Origin: Clostridiales bacterium | GTDB taxonomy: Bacteria; Bacillota; Clostridia; Christensenellales; QAND01 | Direction: 5' to 3' | Assembly (NCBI GenBank): GCA_015056185.1 | Contig: SVGV01000001.1 | Coordinates: 8,285 to 72,284 of the forward strand | Length of the DNA stretch: 64,000 bases | Program-made: the position numbers and the translations under genes | The notes under the pieces: model-generated | What the model saw: the letters and a program-made list of their open reading frames with translations, nothing else | Databases searched by the model: none | What the model was told of the DNA's origin: nothing | In this document: positions 37,539 through 46,638 of the stretch, piece by piece | Position numbering within the stretch: the stretch's first letter is position 1 | How the letters are laid out: each line of letters opens with the position of its first letter

Positions 37539-38918
37539 ATGGCAGATGCATACATCCTTGATTATTCCCGGTTTACGGGGATCGACCAATCCATGACGGA
37601 ACTGGACACGCCGTTGCATGCCACCCATGATGCCCAGAACATTGCAGTGCGGGGCGGGGTACTGATGACTGCCCCCAACGATGAGGTGATCTACGACCTT
37701 GGTGTGGGGAGCATTGAGAGCCTCATTGAGCGGGTGTGCCTGGATGAGGACGGCAGGCCCATGACGGAGCTGTACGCAGCCACCAAGAACGCCATCCACT
37801 GGCTGAGCCCCGAAGGCATCTGGGAGGAAGTGCCCATAATTGAGGGGCAGACCAGCGGAAAGTTTGATTATGTGAACTATTCCGTAGGGGATACCTATTA
37901 CACCATCTTAGCCAATGGAGAACAGCAAATGGGGGTTTGGAAAGGCCTTGCCATGGCAGAGACCTTTGGGGAAGAAACGGTGTTTGGCAGTTTGTGCCTG
38001 CACTATGAGCGCATCTGGGGGACGGGCAACCCCAATTACCACCAGCGAGTTTGGTATTCCGACGCCTATGAGGCGGAGGATTGGTTTGGGGCGGGATCCG
38101 GCAGTGTGGATGTTTACAGCCCCACTACATCGAAGACCGTAGCCATCCGCAGTTTGTACAACGAGATCGTTATTTTTAAGGACCGGGAGATCTTCCGGGT
38201 GTATGGCACCTACCCCTCGGAATTTGGAGTATCCAAGGTGGCGGGGGACTTTGGGCCGGTGAACTGCTTTTCCATCGTATCGGCAATGGACCAGGTGTAC
38301 TACATGAGCCCCGGGGACGGGATCTGCTATTACGATGGCATGCGCACCAGGCCCCTGGGGGACGAAAAGCTGCGGTCGTTTTTTGAAAACCCCAGCTTAA
38401 ACCTTGAGAACTGCTGCGGCGTCAGTACCGGGAGGAAGATCTACTTTGCCCTATGTGAGGATGGTGACGGCATCAACGATGCCATATTGGAATACGACGT
38501 GGTGTTAAAAAGCTACATGGTTTACCGGGGCATCAACGCCAATTGCTTTTTAAAGCGTGGAGGGGAGATTTTGTACGGAAGCAGTGACGGGAAGATCTAC
38601 CGGATGGGAACGGACCGAACGGGGGCGAAAAAATATGCCTATTGGCGGACGCCCACCCATGATTTGGGTGCGAAATACACCCATAAGACCAGCACCGTTT
38701 TATATGCCCATGTAAAAGGGGAAGGGGAACTGAGCATCAGTGCGGATTTTGGCACCCGCATAAGGGAAAAGCGGATCGTGCTGACGGAGGAATTGACCCC
38801 GGTGCGCATCCCCATCCATGCTCTGGGGCGAACGGTGAGCTATAGGTTTTGCAATGTGGATGGTTCCACCTTTGAGATACACGGCCCCCAGGTGGCCATT
38901 GAGATAGACGAGGATTAG
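37539..38918 (+). CDS. Putative tail nozzle / DNA stabilisation protein (P22 gp10 / T7 gp12-like beta-propeller)
   Basis: 460 aa, beta-rich; FTGIDQS, RVWYS, IVIFKDREIFRVYG; position after adaptor. Confidence 0.6.
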   Translation: MADAYILDYSRFTGIDQSMTELDTPLHATHDAQNIAVRGGVLMTAPNDEVIYDLGVGSIESLIERVCLDEDGRPMTELYAATKNAIHWLSPEGIWEEVPIIEGQTSGKFDYVNYSVGDTYYTILANGEQQMGVWKGLAMAETFGEETVFGSLCLHYERIWGTGNPNYHQRVWYSDAYEAEDWFGAGSGSVDVYSPTTSKTVAIRSLYNEIVIFKDREIFRVYGTYPSEFGVSKVAGDFGPVNCFSIVSAMDQVYYMSPGDGICYYDGMRTRPLGDEKLRSFFENPSLNLENCCGVSTGRKIYFALCEDGDGINDAILEYDVVLKSYMVYRGINANCFLKRGGEILYGSSDGKIYRMGTDRTGAKKYAYWRTPTHDLGAKYTHKTSTVLYAHVKGEGELSISADFGTRIREKRIVLTEELTPVRIPIHALGRTVSYRFCNVDGSTFEIHGPQVAIEIDED

Positions 38919-38926
38919 GAGGAAAG

Positions 38927-40348
38927 ATGAGCGGCGGATTTGTTGTACCCAACAGAAATGTAAAAGGGCTGCCCAACAATGTACTGGGCAGTACCGGCAC
39001 CTTTACCTTTTCCTCGGCGGCGGGGTATCAGCGGATCACGGATTTTTCTGACCTGGCGCTGAAGGCCCTAAACGACCAGCTGGAGCAGCTGTGGATCAGG
39101 ACCCAGAACCGCAGTGTGGATACGGGGGATTACAGCACTACCATGCTCATGGTGGACGGGGAATTGACCAACCCCTGCGTGATGGGGCGCAAGCTGTTTT
39201 CTTACGAAAAGGAGATACGCTATGTTTCCGACATGGGCAGTGACTGCAATGATGGTTTGACCCAGGCGGCGCCCTTTTTGACCCTGGATTTTGCAGTGCA
39301 GTCCCTGCCCATCATCTGCGAAAAGGGGGCCATTATTTATGTGGATGCCCCGGGCGGAAAAAGCTTTATAGAGCGACTGCACTTAACCGCTCCTTACTTT
39401 GGGGAACTGGCCCTGTTGGCTCAAAACCCTGTGACGGTCTTGGGCAATGTGGAGATCGGCCCCATGGTGAAGGGGAACCTGACTGTTACGGGGATGACCT
39501 TTTACGGCACTACAGACGAGATTGTAAAGCAGATGAGCCCCGGCGCTGCAGTGTTGTTTGACGGATGCACCTTTTTTGCAAAGGATGGCGGGAAAAGAGC
39601 CATCCATGCCATGGGAGGAAAAGCAGCCGCTGTGAACTGCGGGTTTTACAACTGCACCGATGCCGCCATACTGGCATCTCACATGGGGAGCTGTGTGATG
39701 CACAACTGTGTGGGAAAGGGCAACGGTGTGGCCATGGCGGCAGACAGCGGCGGTGTGGGTGTGCTATCCGGCACGTGCCCCGGTGCATCGGCACTGAGCA
39801 GGGCAGAGAACGGCGGCGTGATCCAGGGCAGTGCAGCTGCGGCCGTGGTGGAACCGGAAAGTGATACCCGGTTTTTAGAGGCGGAGTTTGAGACCGTTGC
39901 CACCATGAGTGCATTGGATCTTGAATTTTTAGAGGACCCTTCCCCCGCACAGGGGAAGGACAGGGTCACCGGCAAGGAATACAAGGGCTATTGGGTGTTT
40001 GATACGGAAAGCATCCAGGAGAGGCTAACCGGGAAAACCATTGTTGGCGCAAAGCTTTTGTTAAAGCGAAAGCCCGGTGCCGGCAGTAAAAAACGGGTGA
40101 ATGTATACCTTTACCTGCATAACCATACGGAGCCTGTGGGCGATGCCATTGTGGGGGGCGGCCTTGGCAACCGGGGTGCCCTTGCTCCCGATGAATCCAT
40201 GTGGCTGACCGTGACCCCGGCCTCTGTTAATATGATCCGCAATGGAATGGCAAAAGGGTATGCTGTGCACTCCCCCATCAGTGGGGAAGAGTTGGAGTTT
40301 TATGCCCAAAGTGAGTTTGTTGCCAAGCTTTGGGTAGTTTACCGATAA
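38927..40348 (+). CDS. Putative tail spike / receptor-binding protein with beta-helix-like middle
   Basis: Short coiled segment LKALNDQLEQLW; YVSDMGSDCNDGLTQAAPFLT; small-residue/Asn/Cys ladder region; distinct C-terminal domain. Confidence 0.55.
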   Translation: MSGGFVVPNRNVKGLPNNVLGSTGTFTFSSAAGYQRITDFSDLALKALNDQLEQLWIRTQNRSVDTGDYSTTMLMVDGELTNPCVMGRKLFSYEKEIRYVSDMGSDCNDGLTQAAPFLTLDFAVQSLPIICEKGAIIYVDAPGGKSFIERLHLTAPYFGELALLAQNPVTVLGNVEIGPMVKGNLTVTGMTFYGTTDEIVKQMSPGAAVLFDGCTFFAKDGGKRAIHAMGGKAAAVNCGFYNCTDAAILASHMGSCVMHNCVGKGNGVAMAADSGGVGVLSGTCPGASALSRAENGGVIQGSAAAAVVEPESDTRFLEAEFETVATMSALDLEFLEDPSPAQGKDRVTGKEYKGYWVFDTESIQERLTGKTIVGAKLLLKRKPGAGSKKRVNVYLYLHNHTEPVGDAIVGGGLGNRGALAPDESMWLTVTPASVNMIRNGMAKGYAVHSPISGEELEFYAQSEFVAKLWVVYR

Positions 40349-40361
40349 AGGAGGGGAAGGA

Positions 40362-41390
40362 ATGGCAAGTCAGTATTACGGGAAAAGCGGGGATTATATT
40401 AAAGAGATCCAGAAGCTTTTAAATGACAAGGGTGCCAGCATCTCGGTGGATGGCGTTTGGGGCGATGAGACCGAAGATGCGTATCAGCGCCTGGGTACGG
40501 TGGTTGCATCTGCTGCGGCGAAAAACAGCGGCGGGATCAGCACCACCAAAAACAGTTATGGGCTTAGTTACTATAACTATGACGCCCCTACCGATGAGGA
40601 ACTGCTGGAGCAGGCCAGGCAGGCGGTTGCGGGGGAATATGATGCGAAGCTGAGCGCGGAAGAGGAGAAAACCCAGCGGCTGACCGACGCCCTGAACCGA
40701 TCCATCGGGGAATTGGACCCGGTGTATCAGCAGCGTCTGGATGTGCTGGATGATCAGTTTGAAGAGGCCAGGCAGTACTTGGCCAACAACGCGCTCAAAC
40801 GGAATATGGGCAGAAGCACCCATTATTTGAACATGGTAAATGAGGCCAATGCAGACCATCTTTCCATGGTGGACGCCATCAACCTGGAGTACAGAAAAGA
40901 AGTGGATGCCATCAATCAGGAGATACTGGACCTGCAAAAGGAATTGCTGAGCAATAAGGGCGTCCTTTCTGCCCAGCGCCAGAGTGCCATGCAGAAGTAT
41001 TTGGACCAGCTGAAGAGTGAACGGGATGACCGCATTTTAGCCATGGTCAAATACAACAACGATGTGCGGGAAACGGAGCTGAGCTTACTTGCAAAGGAGA
41101 AGGCTGCGGCGAAAAGCAGCCGATCCGGCGGATCTTCCAGCAGTAAGAGCAGCAGTACCTCTTACCGGGAAACCATCATGAACGAATGGAACCGATTGAC
41201 CAAACCCGGGAAGATCGCCTTTTTTGACAGCTATGGGGACCAGATCTACGCAAAGAACAAGAGCCTTTATGACAAGCTGAAGGCGGATGTGGCCACCTAC
41301 CGCAAAGAAGGATATTTTGCTGCGGTCAATCCCCAGTACAACTATTATCTGGACAGCGAGAAGCCTTACCGATATACCGGCCCCCGTTAA
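40362..41390 (+). CDS. PG-binding-domain plus coiled-coil protein (putative ejection/pilot or anchoring protein)
   Basis: IKEIQKLLNDKG..VDGVWGDETEDAY (PG_binding_1-like), long coiled coil, Ser-rich linker, no catalytic motif seen. Confidence 0.6.
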   Translation: MASQYYGKSGDYIKEIQKLLNDKGASISVDGVWGDETEDAYQRLGTVVASAAAKNSGGISTTKNSYGLSYYNYDAPTDEELLEQARQAVAGEYDAKLSAEEEKTQRLTDALNRSIGELDPVYQQRLDVLDDQFEEARQYLANNALKRNMGRSTHYLNMVNEANADHLSMVDAINLEYRKEVDAINQEILDLQKELLSNKGVLSAQRQSAMQKYLDQLKSERDDRILAMVKYNNDVRETELSLLAKEKAAAKSSRSGGSSSSKSSSTSYRETIMNEWNRLTKPGKIAFFDSYGDQIYAKNKSLYDKLKADVATYRKEGYFAAVNPQYNYYLDSEKPYRYTGPR

Positions 41391-41397
41391 GGGGTCG

Positions 41398-41426
41398 GTA
41401 TGTTTTGCTCCCTGGGGGAAACAATA
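41398..41426 (+). promoter_or_regulatory. Putative forespore sigF/sigG promoter of the ger operon
   Basis: GTATG-N14-GGAAACAATA (-10 matches GGnrAnAhTw). Confidence 0.5.
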
Positions 41427-41449
41427 GCCCAAAGGAGAGGAGCGATGGG

Positions 41450-43018
41450 ATGGCCATTTGGGACAAACTGGGCTATGCCCCTAAGGAAGAATACGTTTTA
41501 CCCGAAGAGAAAGAGGAACATGGCAGTACCACGGCAGATGGTTACGGGGGAGGCACTGTACCGCCGAAGCTGGACGGGTATGTGCCCGTAAAGGATCTTG
41601 AAGAAAATAAGCGGCAGCTGGATGGGCTGTTTTACAGCGACATCAATATGGATTACAAGTGCCGGGTGTTTTATTCCGGCGAAAAAAAGGTGATGCTGTG
41701 CTTTTTGGATGGCCTGACCTATACCATCGTGGTGGATGATATGCTCATGCGGCCGCTCATCGAAACGCCGGTGACGGGCATTGATGATGCCTTGGACCGG
41801 GTGCTGCCCATCCACAACCTGAGTGTGGCGGAAAAGGGCAGCCAGGTGGTCAACGCCATCCTGGAGGGGGATGCGGTGGTCATCTTTGATGGGGATACCC
41901 GTGCCATCTTGCTGGATGTGAAGAACTACGCCAAGCGCCAGGTGGGGGATGCCATCAACGAAAAAGTCATCAAGGGGCCGCAAAACGGGTTTGTGGAAAA
42001 CATGCGGACCAACATCACCCTGGTGCGCAGTGTGCTGCGCAGCCCTGACCTTGTGAGCGAGATCATGCCTACGGGGGGAGACAACAACGTAAAATGCGCG
42101 GTGATGTACCGAAAGGGTGTGGCTCCTGAAAGCCTTGTAAAGCGGGTGAAGGAAAAGATACAGGGCATCAGCCATGTGGGATTTGTGCTGGGAGGCGGTA
42201 TGATGGAGCAGCTGATCCGGGAGGATGGGCGGTGCATTTTGCCCAGGACACTGCAGACGGAGCGGCCCGACCGCACCGCCGCCTATTTGACCCAGGGGCA
42301 TATTGCGGTGGTATGTGATGGCTACCCCTATGCCATGGTGCTGCCCATCACGTTCTTTTCTTTGATGCAGACCAGTGAGGATTATTTCATCCACCCGGTG
42401 TTTGCCACCATTGAACGGATGATCCGGTATATGAGCTTGTTTGTATCCATGCTGCTGCCGGGGATCTATGTGGCCCTTGTTTTGTACCATCAGAAGATGC
42501 TGCCCATCGAGTTCATTCTTTCCAGCCTGGCCAGCAGGCAGCTGATCGCCCTGCCGGTGTTTGTTGAGATCCTAATGATGTCTGTGGTGTTTGAACTGCT
42601 GCGGGAGGCCAGTGTACGGGTGCAATCCGGCATCAACCAGACCCTGGGCATCGTGGGTGGGCTGATTCTAGGGCAGGCGGCGGTATCGGCCAATCTGGTG
42701 AGCCCCATTGCCATTATTGTGGTGGCTACCACGGGGCTTTCCAGCTTTGCCATCCCGGATTTTTCTTTGCAGATGGCTGTTTACCATATGCGGTTCCTCT
42801 TTTTGCTTGCAGCGGTGCTGGGGGGATTCTGGGGCATCCTATTTTTGCTGGTGCCCCTGTGTGCCTATTTATGCTCTCTTACCTCTTATGGCGTCCCCTA
42901 TTTTGCGCCTGTGGCCCCGAAAACAAGGGGGAACCGGGATATCGTGATCAAAGGCAAAGTACGCCGGGGCGGGGACATCCCCGATTACGTAAAGACGGGA
43001 GGCAAACAAGATGAGTGA
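41450..43018 (+). CDS. gerKA: Spore germination receptor subunit A (GerKA/GerAA family)
   Basis: EKVIKGPQNGFVE, TERPDRTA, FELLREASVR, GIVGGLILGQAAVSA, SSFAIP. Confidence 0.93.
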   Translation: MAIWDKLGYAPKEEYVLPEEKEEHGSTTADGYGGGTVPPKLDGYVPVKDLEENKRQLDGLFYSDINMDYKCRVFYSGEKKVMLCFLDGLTYTIVVDDMLMRPLIETPVTGIDDALDRVLPIHNLSVAEKGSQVVNAILEGDAVVIFDGDTRAILLDVKNYAKRQVGDAINEKVIKGPQNGFVENMRTNITLVRSVLRSPDLVSEIMPTGGDNNVKCAVMYRKGVAPESLVKRVKEKIQGISHVGFVLGGGMMEQLIREDGRCILPRTLQTERPDRTAAYLTQGHIAVVCDGYPYAMVLPITFFSLMQTSEDYFIHPVFATIERMIRYMSLFVSMLLPGIYVALVLYHQKMLPIEFILSSLASRQLIALPVFVEILMMSVVFELLREASVRVQSGINQTLGIVGGLILGQAAVSANLVSPIAIIVVATTGLSSFAIPDFSLQMAVYHMRFLFLLAAVLGGFWGILFLLVPLCAYLCSLTSYGVPYFAPVAPKTRGNRDIVIKGKVRRGGDIPDYVKTGGKQDE

Positions 43019-44069
43019 TCGGCTGGGTCATGCCTCCTACGGGAAGTTTATTTTGCTGGCAGCCATCAGTAAGGTACTGCTGATGGATCGATCCTACATG
43101 GCGCTGGGCGGCGGGGGATTTTTGCTGCCCCTTTTTGCCGCTGCCCTGATGGCCGGCCTGATGGTGATGCTGCACCGTGGAGGCCGCAGAGCGTTTGTGC
43201 TGAAAAACGGGCAGCGGCCGGATGGGGCCATGCGCATTGCCATGGGGCTGGTTGCCCTGGGGATCTTTTTTGAAGTGGTATCCCTTGTGGGGAGTACGGC
43301 TGTGAATATGAAGTACGAAACTTTTTTGACCACCGATGAAGGGCAACTGGCCGCGGCAGTGTTGGGGGCTATGGCCCTTGCTGCCATCCAAGGGCTGACG
43401 GGGCTGGAGGGAGCGGGGAAGATCGGCCTCGTGGTGACGCTGCTGATCCTTTTATTGGTGCTCTCGGCCGGGTACAGCAACTACGATGGATTCCGCATCT
43501 TTCCCCTGTTGAGTGGGGATGGGCGGCAGTATGTATTGCCGCTGATGGAATGGCTGATGGCTTTTTGGCCGGTGGTTTTGCTGTGGGTCTTCCCGAAAAA
43601 AGAGGTGCATGCTCCTGAGATGATCAAAAGCGGCTTGAAAGGGATCCTGTGGGGTGGGCTGTGGTGCGCCGTAGTGTATTTGGGGTGCGTCCTGGTGCGC
43701 AGCCCCTTTTCCGCCCAGCCGGGGTATTCCCCCGTGGAATTTTTGTTTGAGCAGGCCACCATGGGCAGGGCCTTTTACCGGCTGGATCCCCTCATCTCCA
43801 TCGCCATCACCATGGTGACGGTGGTGACGGGGGCGTTGGCCCTCAGTGTGTGCGGGGTGCTGTTGCAGCAGATCATCGGATTGCCCCACAAGCGGCCCGT
43901 TGTGGCGTTGACTGCCGCTTTGGCGCTGCTGGTTCTGTATTGGGTATTGACCCCGGGATCCCCTTTGTGGGGGAGTTTGGCCATGATCCGATCCTTAGCG
44001 CCGGGGCTGATGCTGAGCGGATTGCTGTTGAGGACGGTATGGGGAAGGAGTGGGTGCCATGAAGGGTAG
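43011..44069 (+). CDS. Spore germination receptor subunit B (GerAB/KB, APC-like membrane protein), divergent
   Basis: Multi-TM, NYDGFRIFPL, FYRLDP; lies between GerA and GerC. Confidence 0.75.
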   Translation: MSDRLGHASYGKFILLAAISKVLLMDRSYMALGGGGFLLPLFAAALMAGLMVMLHRGGRRAFVLKNGQRPDGAMRIAMGLVALGIFFEVVSLVGSTAVNMKYETFLTTDEGQLAAAVLGAMALAAIQGLTGLEGAGKIGLVVTLLILLLVLSAGYSNYDGFRIFPLLSGDGRQYVLPLMEWLMAFWPVVLLWVFPKKEVHAPEMIKSGLKGILWGGLWCAVVYLGCVLVRSPFSAQPGYSPVEFLFEQATMGRAFYRLDPLISIAITMVTVVTGALALSVCGVLLQQIIGLPHKRPVVALTAALALLVLYWVLTPGSPLWGSLAMIRSLAPGLMLSGLLLRTVWGRSGCHEG

Positions 44070-45258
44070 AGTTTTGTTGGTGTTGTGCCTGCTGTTTTGC
44101 TTGTGCGGCTGCAGCGATGGGCTGGAGCTGGATGATTCCGCCCATGTGCTGAGCATCGCCGTGGACAAAGGGGAGGAGAAGGACTACCGATTTACCTTCC
44201 AGATGCCGGTGCTGATGGGATCGGAAGGGACGGTGGGGGGAGAAGGTGCCCGGTTTCGCAGCATCTCTTTGGAGGCGGAGAACATCATGGACGCCTTTGA
44301 AAGTGCGAACCATGCCGATGCCCGGTATATGAATTTTGCCCACCTGAACTTTTTTGCCGTCAGCGAAGAATTGGCCCGGGCGGGGGAGATGCCAGAGTTG
44401 ATCGCATCCTGCGCTTATTTTGCAGAGCTGCGGGATGGTGCCATGGTAGTGGTGACAGAGGGCAAAGCGGAAGACTTTTTAAAAGGATTTGAAAACGAAA
44501 AGGAATCCAACCTGGAACGATTGCAGGAGAACCTCATCAGCGGGGCGCAGACATCCGCCATCATCCCGGATACTACAGTGGCGGACCTGATGGAATACTT
44601 TACCGATGGCAGAGGCGATGCCGTGGTGGCCTTGGGCGGCGTCAATGAAGGGGCATCGGAAGGCGGTGGTCAGGAGGAGGGTGCGCCGGCTTTGGCCCAA
44701 AATGCCATGGATGATGAGATCGGCGAGACGGAGCGATCAGGCGGGCTGGGCAGTGAATTGCGGGGCTGTGCCCTGTTTTCCGGCGGTACCATGAAGGGGA
44801 GCTTTGGCGCGGGGGATACCCGGTTTTTGCTGATGCTCCGGGGGGAGTTTCAGCAGATGCGTTATGTGCTGAGCGACCCGGCAAATAAGGATACCCTGAC
44901 GCTGAATGTGACCAGGGATGGTGAGCCGGAGATCACATTTGAAGGGGAAAAGCCCACCATCACCGTACGGCTGCGGGCCAGGGTGGTGGACCAAAGCACG
45001 TTTATGGACCCGGATGCCCCCCATGTTTACGAGGAGATCCACACTGCGGCCTACAATGCCCTGTATGGGCAACTGGTAAAGGTCAGCGATGATGTGATGG
45101 CCTTGGGTGCCGATGGATGGAATCTGGGCCGCAGGCTGAGCCTGGGGAAGATCCTGTGGAAAAACCACGGAGAAGAAGGTCTTGACCGGATGCCGAAAAA
45201 GGGTGTGGAGGTGCGGCTCTCCATGCGGCTGCTCAAGCAGGACCCATACAGGAGGTGA
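44059..45258 (+). CDS. Spore germination receptor subunit C lipoprotein, Ger(x)C
   Basis: Lipobox LCGC; ELDDSAHVLSIAVDKG; NFAHLNFFAVSEELAR. Confidence 0.85.
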   Translation: MKGRVLLVLCLLFCLCGCSDGLELDDSAHVLSIAVDKGEEKDYRFTFQMPVLMGSEGTVGGEGARFRSISLEAENIMDAFESANHADARYMNFAHLNFFAVSEELARAGEMPELIASCAYFAELRDGAMVVVTEGKAEDFLKGFENEKESNLERLQENLISGAQTSAIIPDTTVADLMEYFTDGRGDAVVALGGVNEGASEGGGQEEGAPALAQNAMDDEIGETERSGGLGSELRGCALFSGGTMKGSFGAGDTRFLLMLRGEFQQMRYVLSDPANKDTLTLNVTRDGEPEITFEGEKPTITVRLRARVVDQSTFMDPDAPHVYEEIHTAAYNALYGQLVKVSDDVMALGADGWNLGRRLSLGKILWKNHGEEGLDRMPKKGVEVRLSMRLLKQDPYRR

Positions 45259-45262
45259 TGGG

Positions 45263-45415
45263 ATGCTTGCTGTTGTAATGGTGTGTCTATTCATTTACTG
45301 CGGGATCTACTGCGCAAAACTGGCGTACGAAAAACAATGGAGATGGTTTATGCCCTATACCCTTTTATTGCTCACCGTTCTATTTGGATGGATCTATGGC
45401 ATATTCACACTGTAA
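45263..45415 (+). CDS. Small two-TM membrane protein at end of ger operon (50 aa)
   Basis: GGAGGTG RBS; two hydrophobic helices; terminator at 45414-45438. Confidence 0.6.
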   Translation: MLAVVMVCLFIYCGIYCAKLAYEKQWRWFMPYTLLLLTVLFGWIYGIFTL

Positions 45416-45564
45416 AGAGCCCTATGGGCTCTTTTTTTGCAGATGCTTCCATGGTTCGGTGTGATCAGAGGTGCTATAATAGTTGTAATTGACCCGGGGC
45501 GTTTGTTGAAACTGTTACTTTTCTGTGATAAACTAGTAACAACTACTGAGGATCGAGGAGACCG

Positions 45565-45798
45565 ATGTCTAGAAAGTATTTGGAAGAAAACCTGAGAAAG
45601 GCATATGAAAAGAGCATCAGGCAGCATGGCCAGCAGGGGGAACCTATGCCCCATGAAGGTGCTGATATGCCCCTTAGGAGCCGGGAAGATGCAGAGATCA
45701 TCGGGAAGATCAGTTTAGAAGATTTGAAGCGCATGTTGGATGAGGCGGATGCCAAGCAGGCAAAGCCCGATCCTTCCAAGAGTGATTTAAAAGAGTAA
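45565..45798 (+). CDS. Small charged hypothetical protein
   Basis: GAGGAG RBS; upstream of cdaA. Confidence 0.6.
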   Translation: MSRKYLEENLRKAYEKSIRQHGQQGEPMPHEGADMPLRSREDAEIIGKISLEDLKRMLDEADAKQAKPDPSKSDLKE

Positions 45799-45813
45799 GG
45801 CAGGCTAAAACCT

Positions 45814-46638
45814 TTGAACATTTGGGATTCGATTGTGAATACAGTCAGCAGGTTCAGCATACTGGACCTGGTTGACATCATATTGGTCACGGTGCTGATC
45901 TACTACGTGTTAAAGCTTGCCAGCCGTACCCGTGCCATGCAGGTATTAAAGGGCCTGGGCATTATGCTGATTGCGGCAAGGCTGAGTGAGTGGATCGGCC
46001 TGCAATCCATGACGTGGGTGATGAACTACATCATCAACATGGGTGCCGTGCTGCTCATCGTGCTGTTTCAGCCGGAGCTGCGCAAAGCCTTTGAGCACCT
46101 GGGCCGCAGCAGCCAGTTTCGGGATAGCAGGCGCAGTGTGGACGAAGATGCCTTGATCAACCAGATGGTGGTATCCTTAACGGGCCTTGCCCGCACCAAA
46201 ACCGGTGCGCTCATTGCACTTGAGCGGCAGGTCGCCCTGGATGATATTGCAGAAACAGGCACCCCGGTGGGGGCTGAGGTCACCTCTGCCCTTCTTGGTA
46301 CCATCTTTATGTCCGGCACACCGCTGCACGATGGCGCTGTGCTTGTACAAAATGGGTACATCAAAGCGGCGGGGTGCTTTTTGCCCCTGACCAACAACAA
46401 CGAACTGCCCAAAACCTTAGGCACCCGCCACAGAGCTGCCGTGGGTCTGAGCGAGGTTTCCGATGCCATCGTCTTTGTGGTATCCGAAGAAACGGGCACC
46501 ATCTCCTGTGCCAGGGAAGGTCGGCTGGAGCAGAACCTGGACGGTGCGAAGATCAGAGAGATCATGGAAAGCACCAGCAGCCGGTTTGATAACTTCAGCC
46601 TTACTGATTTGTTCAAAAGGGGGAAGAAGGATCAATGA
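45814..46638 (+). CDS. cdaA: Diadenylate cyclase
   Basis: 3 TM; FQPELRKA, LHDGA, LGTRHRAA, VVSEETG. Confidence 0.96.
   Translation: MNIWDSIVNTVSRFSILDLVDIILVTVLIYYVLKLASRTRAMQVLKGLGIMLIAARLSEWIGLQSMTWVMNYIINMGAVLLIVLFQPELRKAFEHLGRSSQFRDSRRSVDEDALINQMVVSLTGLARTKTGALIALERQVALDDIAETGTPVGAEVTSALLGTIFMSGTPLHDGAVLVQNGYIKAAGCFLPLTNNNELPKTLGTRHRAAVGLSEVSDAIVFVVSEETGTISCAREGRLEQNLDGAKIREIMESTSSRFDNFSLTDLFKRGKKDQ

Larger units (their letters stand above)
31211..41390 (+). mobile_element. Phage-derived podovirus-like head/tail morphogenesis cassette without integrase, replication or lysis genes (GTA-like or domesticated prophage candidate)
   Basis: Ten contiguous same-strand intact ORFs in canonical packaging-head-tail order, flanked by host genes. 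Confidence 0.85.

Noticed and set aside
38927-40348. Diversity-generating retroelement acting on the tail spike
   Set aside because: No reverse transcriptase and no TR/VR repeat pair seen.
31061-41390. 8-bp direct repeat CCCGTTAA on both sides of the phage cassette (31061-31068 and 41383-41390) as attL/attR
   Set aside because: Too short, also occurs at 30668-30675 inside a gene, and no integrase is present; chance level.
31211-41390. Cassette as an encapsulin or contractile injection/tailocin system
   Set aside because: Terminase and portal indicate DNA packaging; no sheath, tube or baseplate genes.
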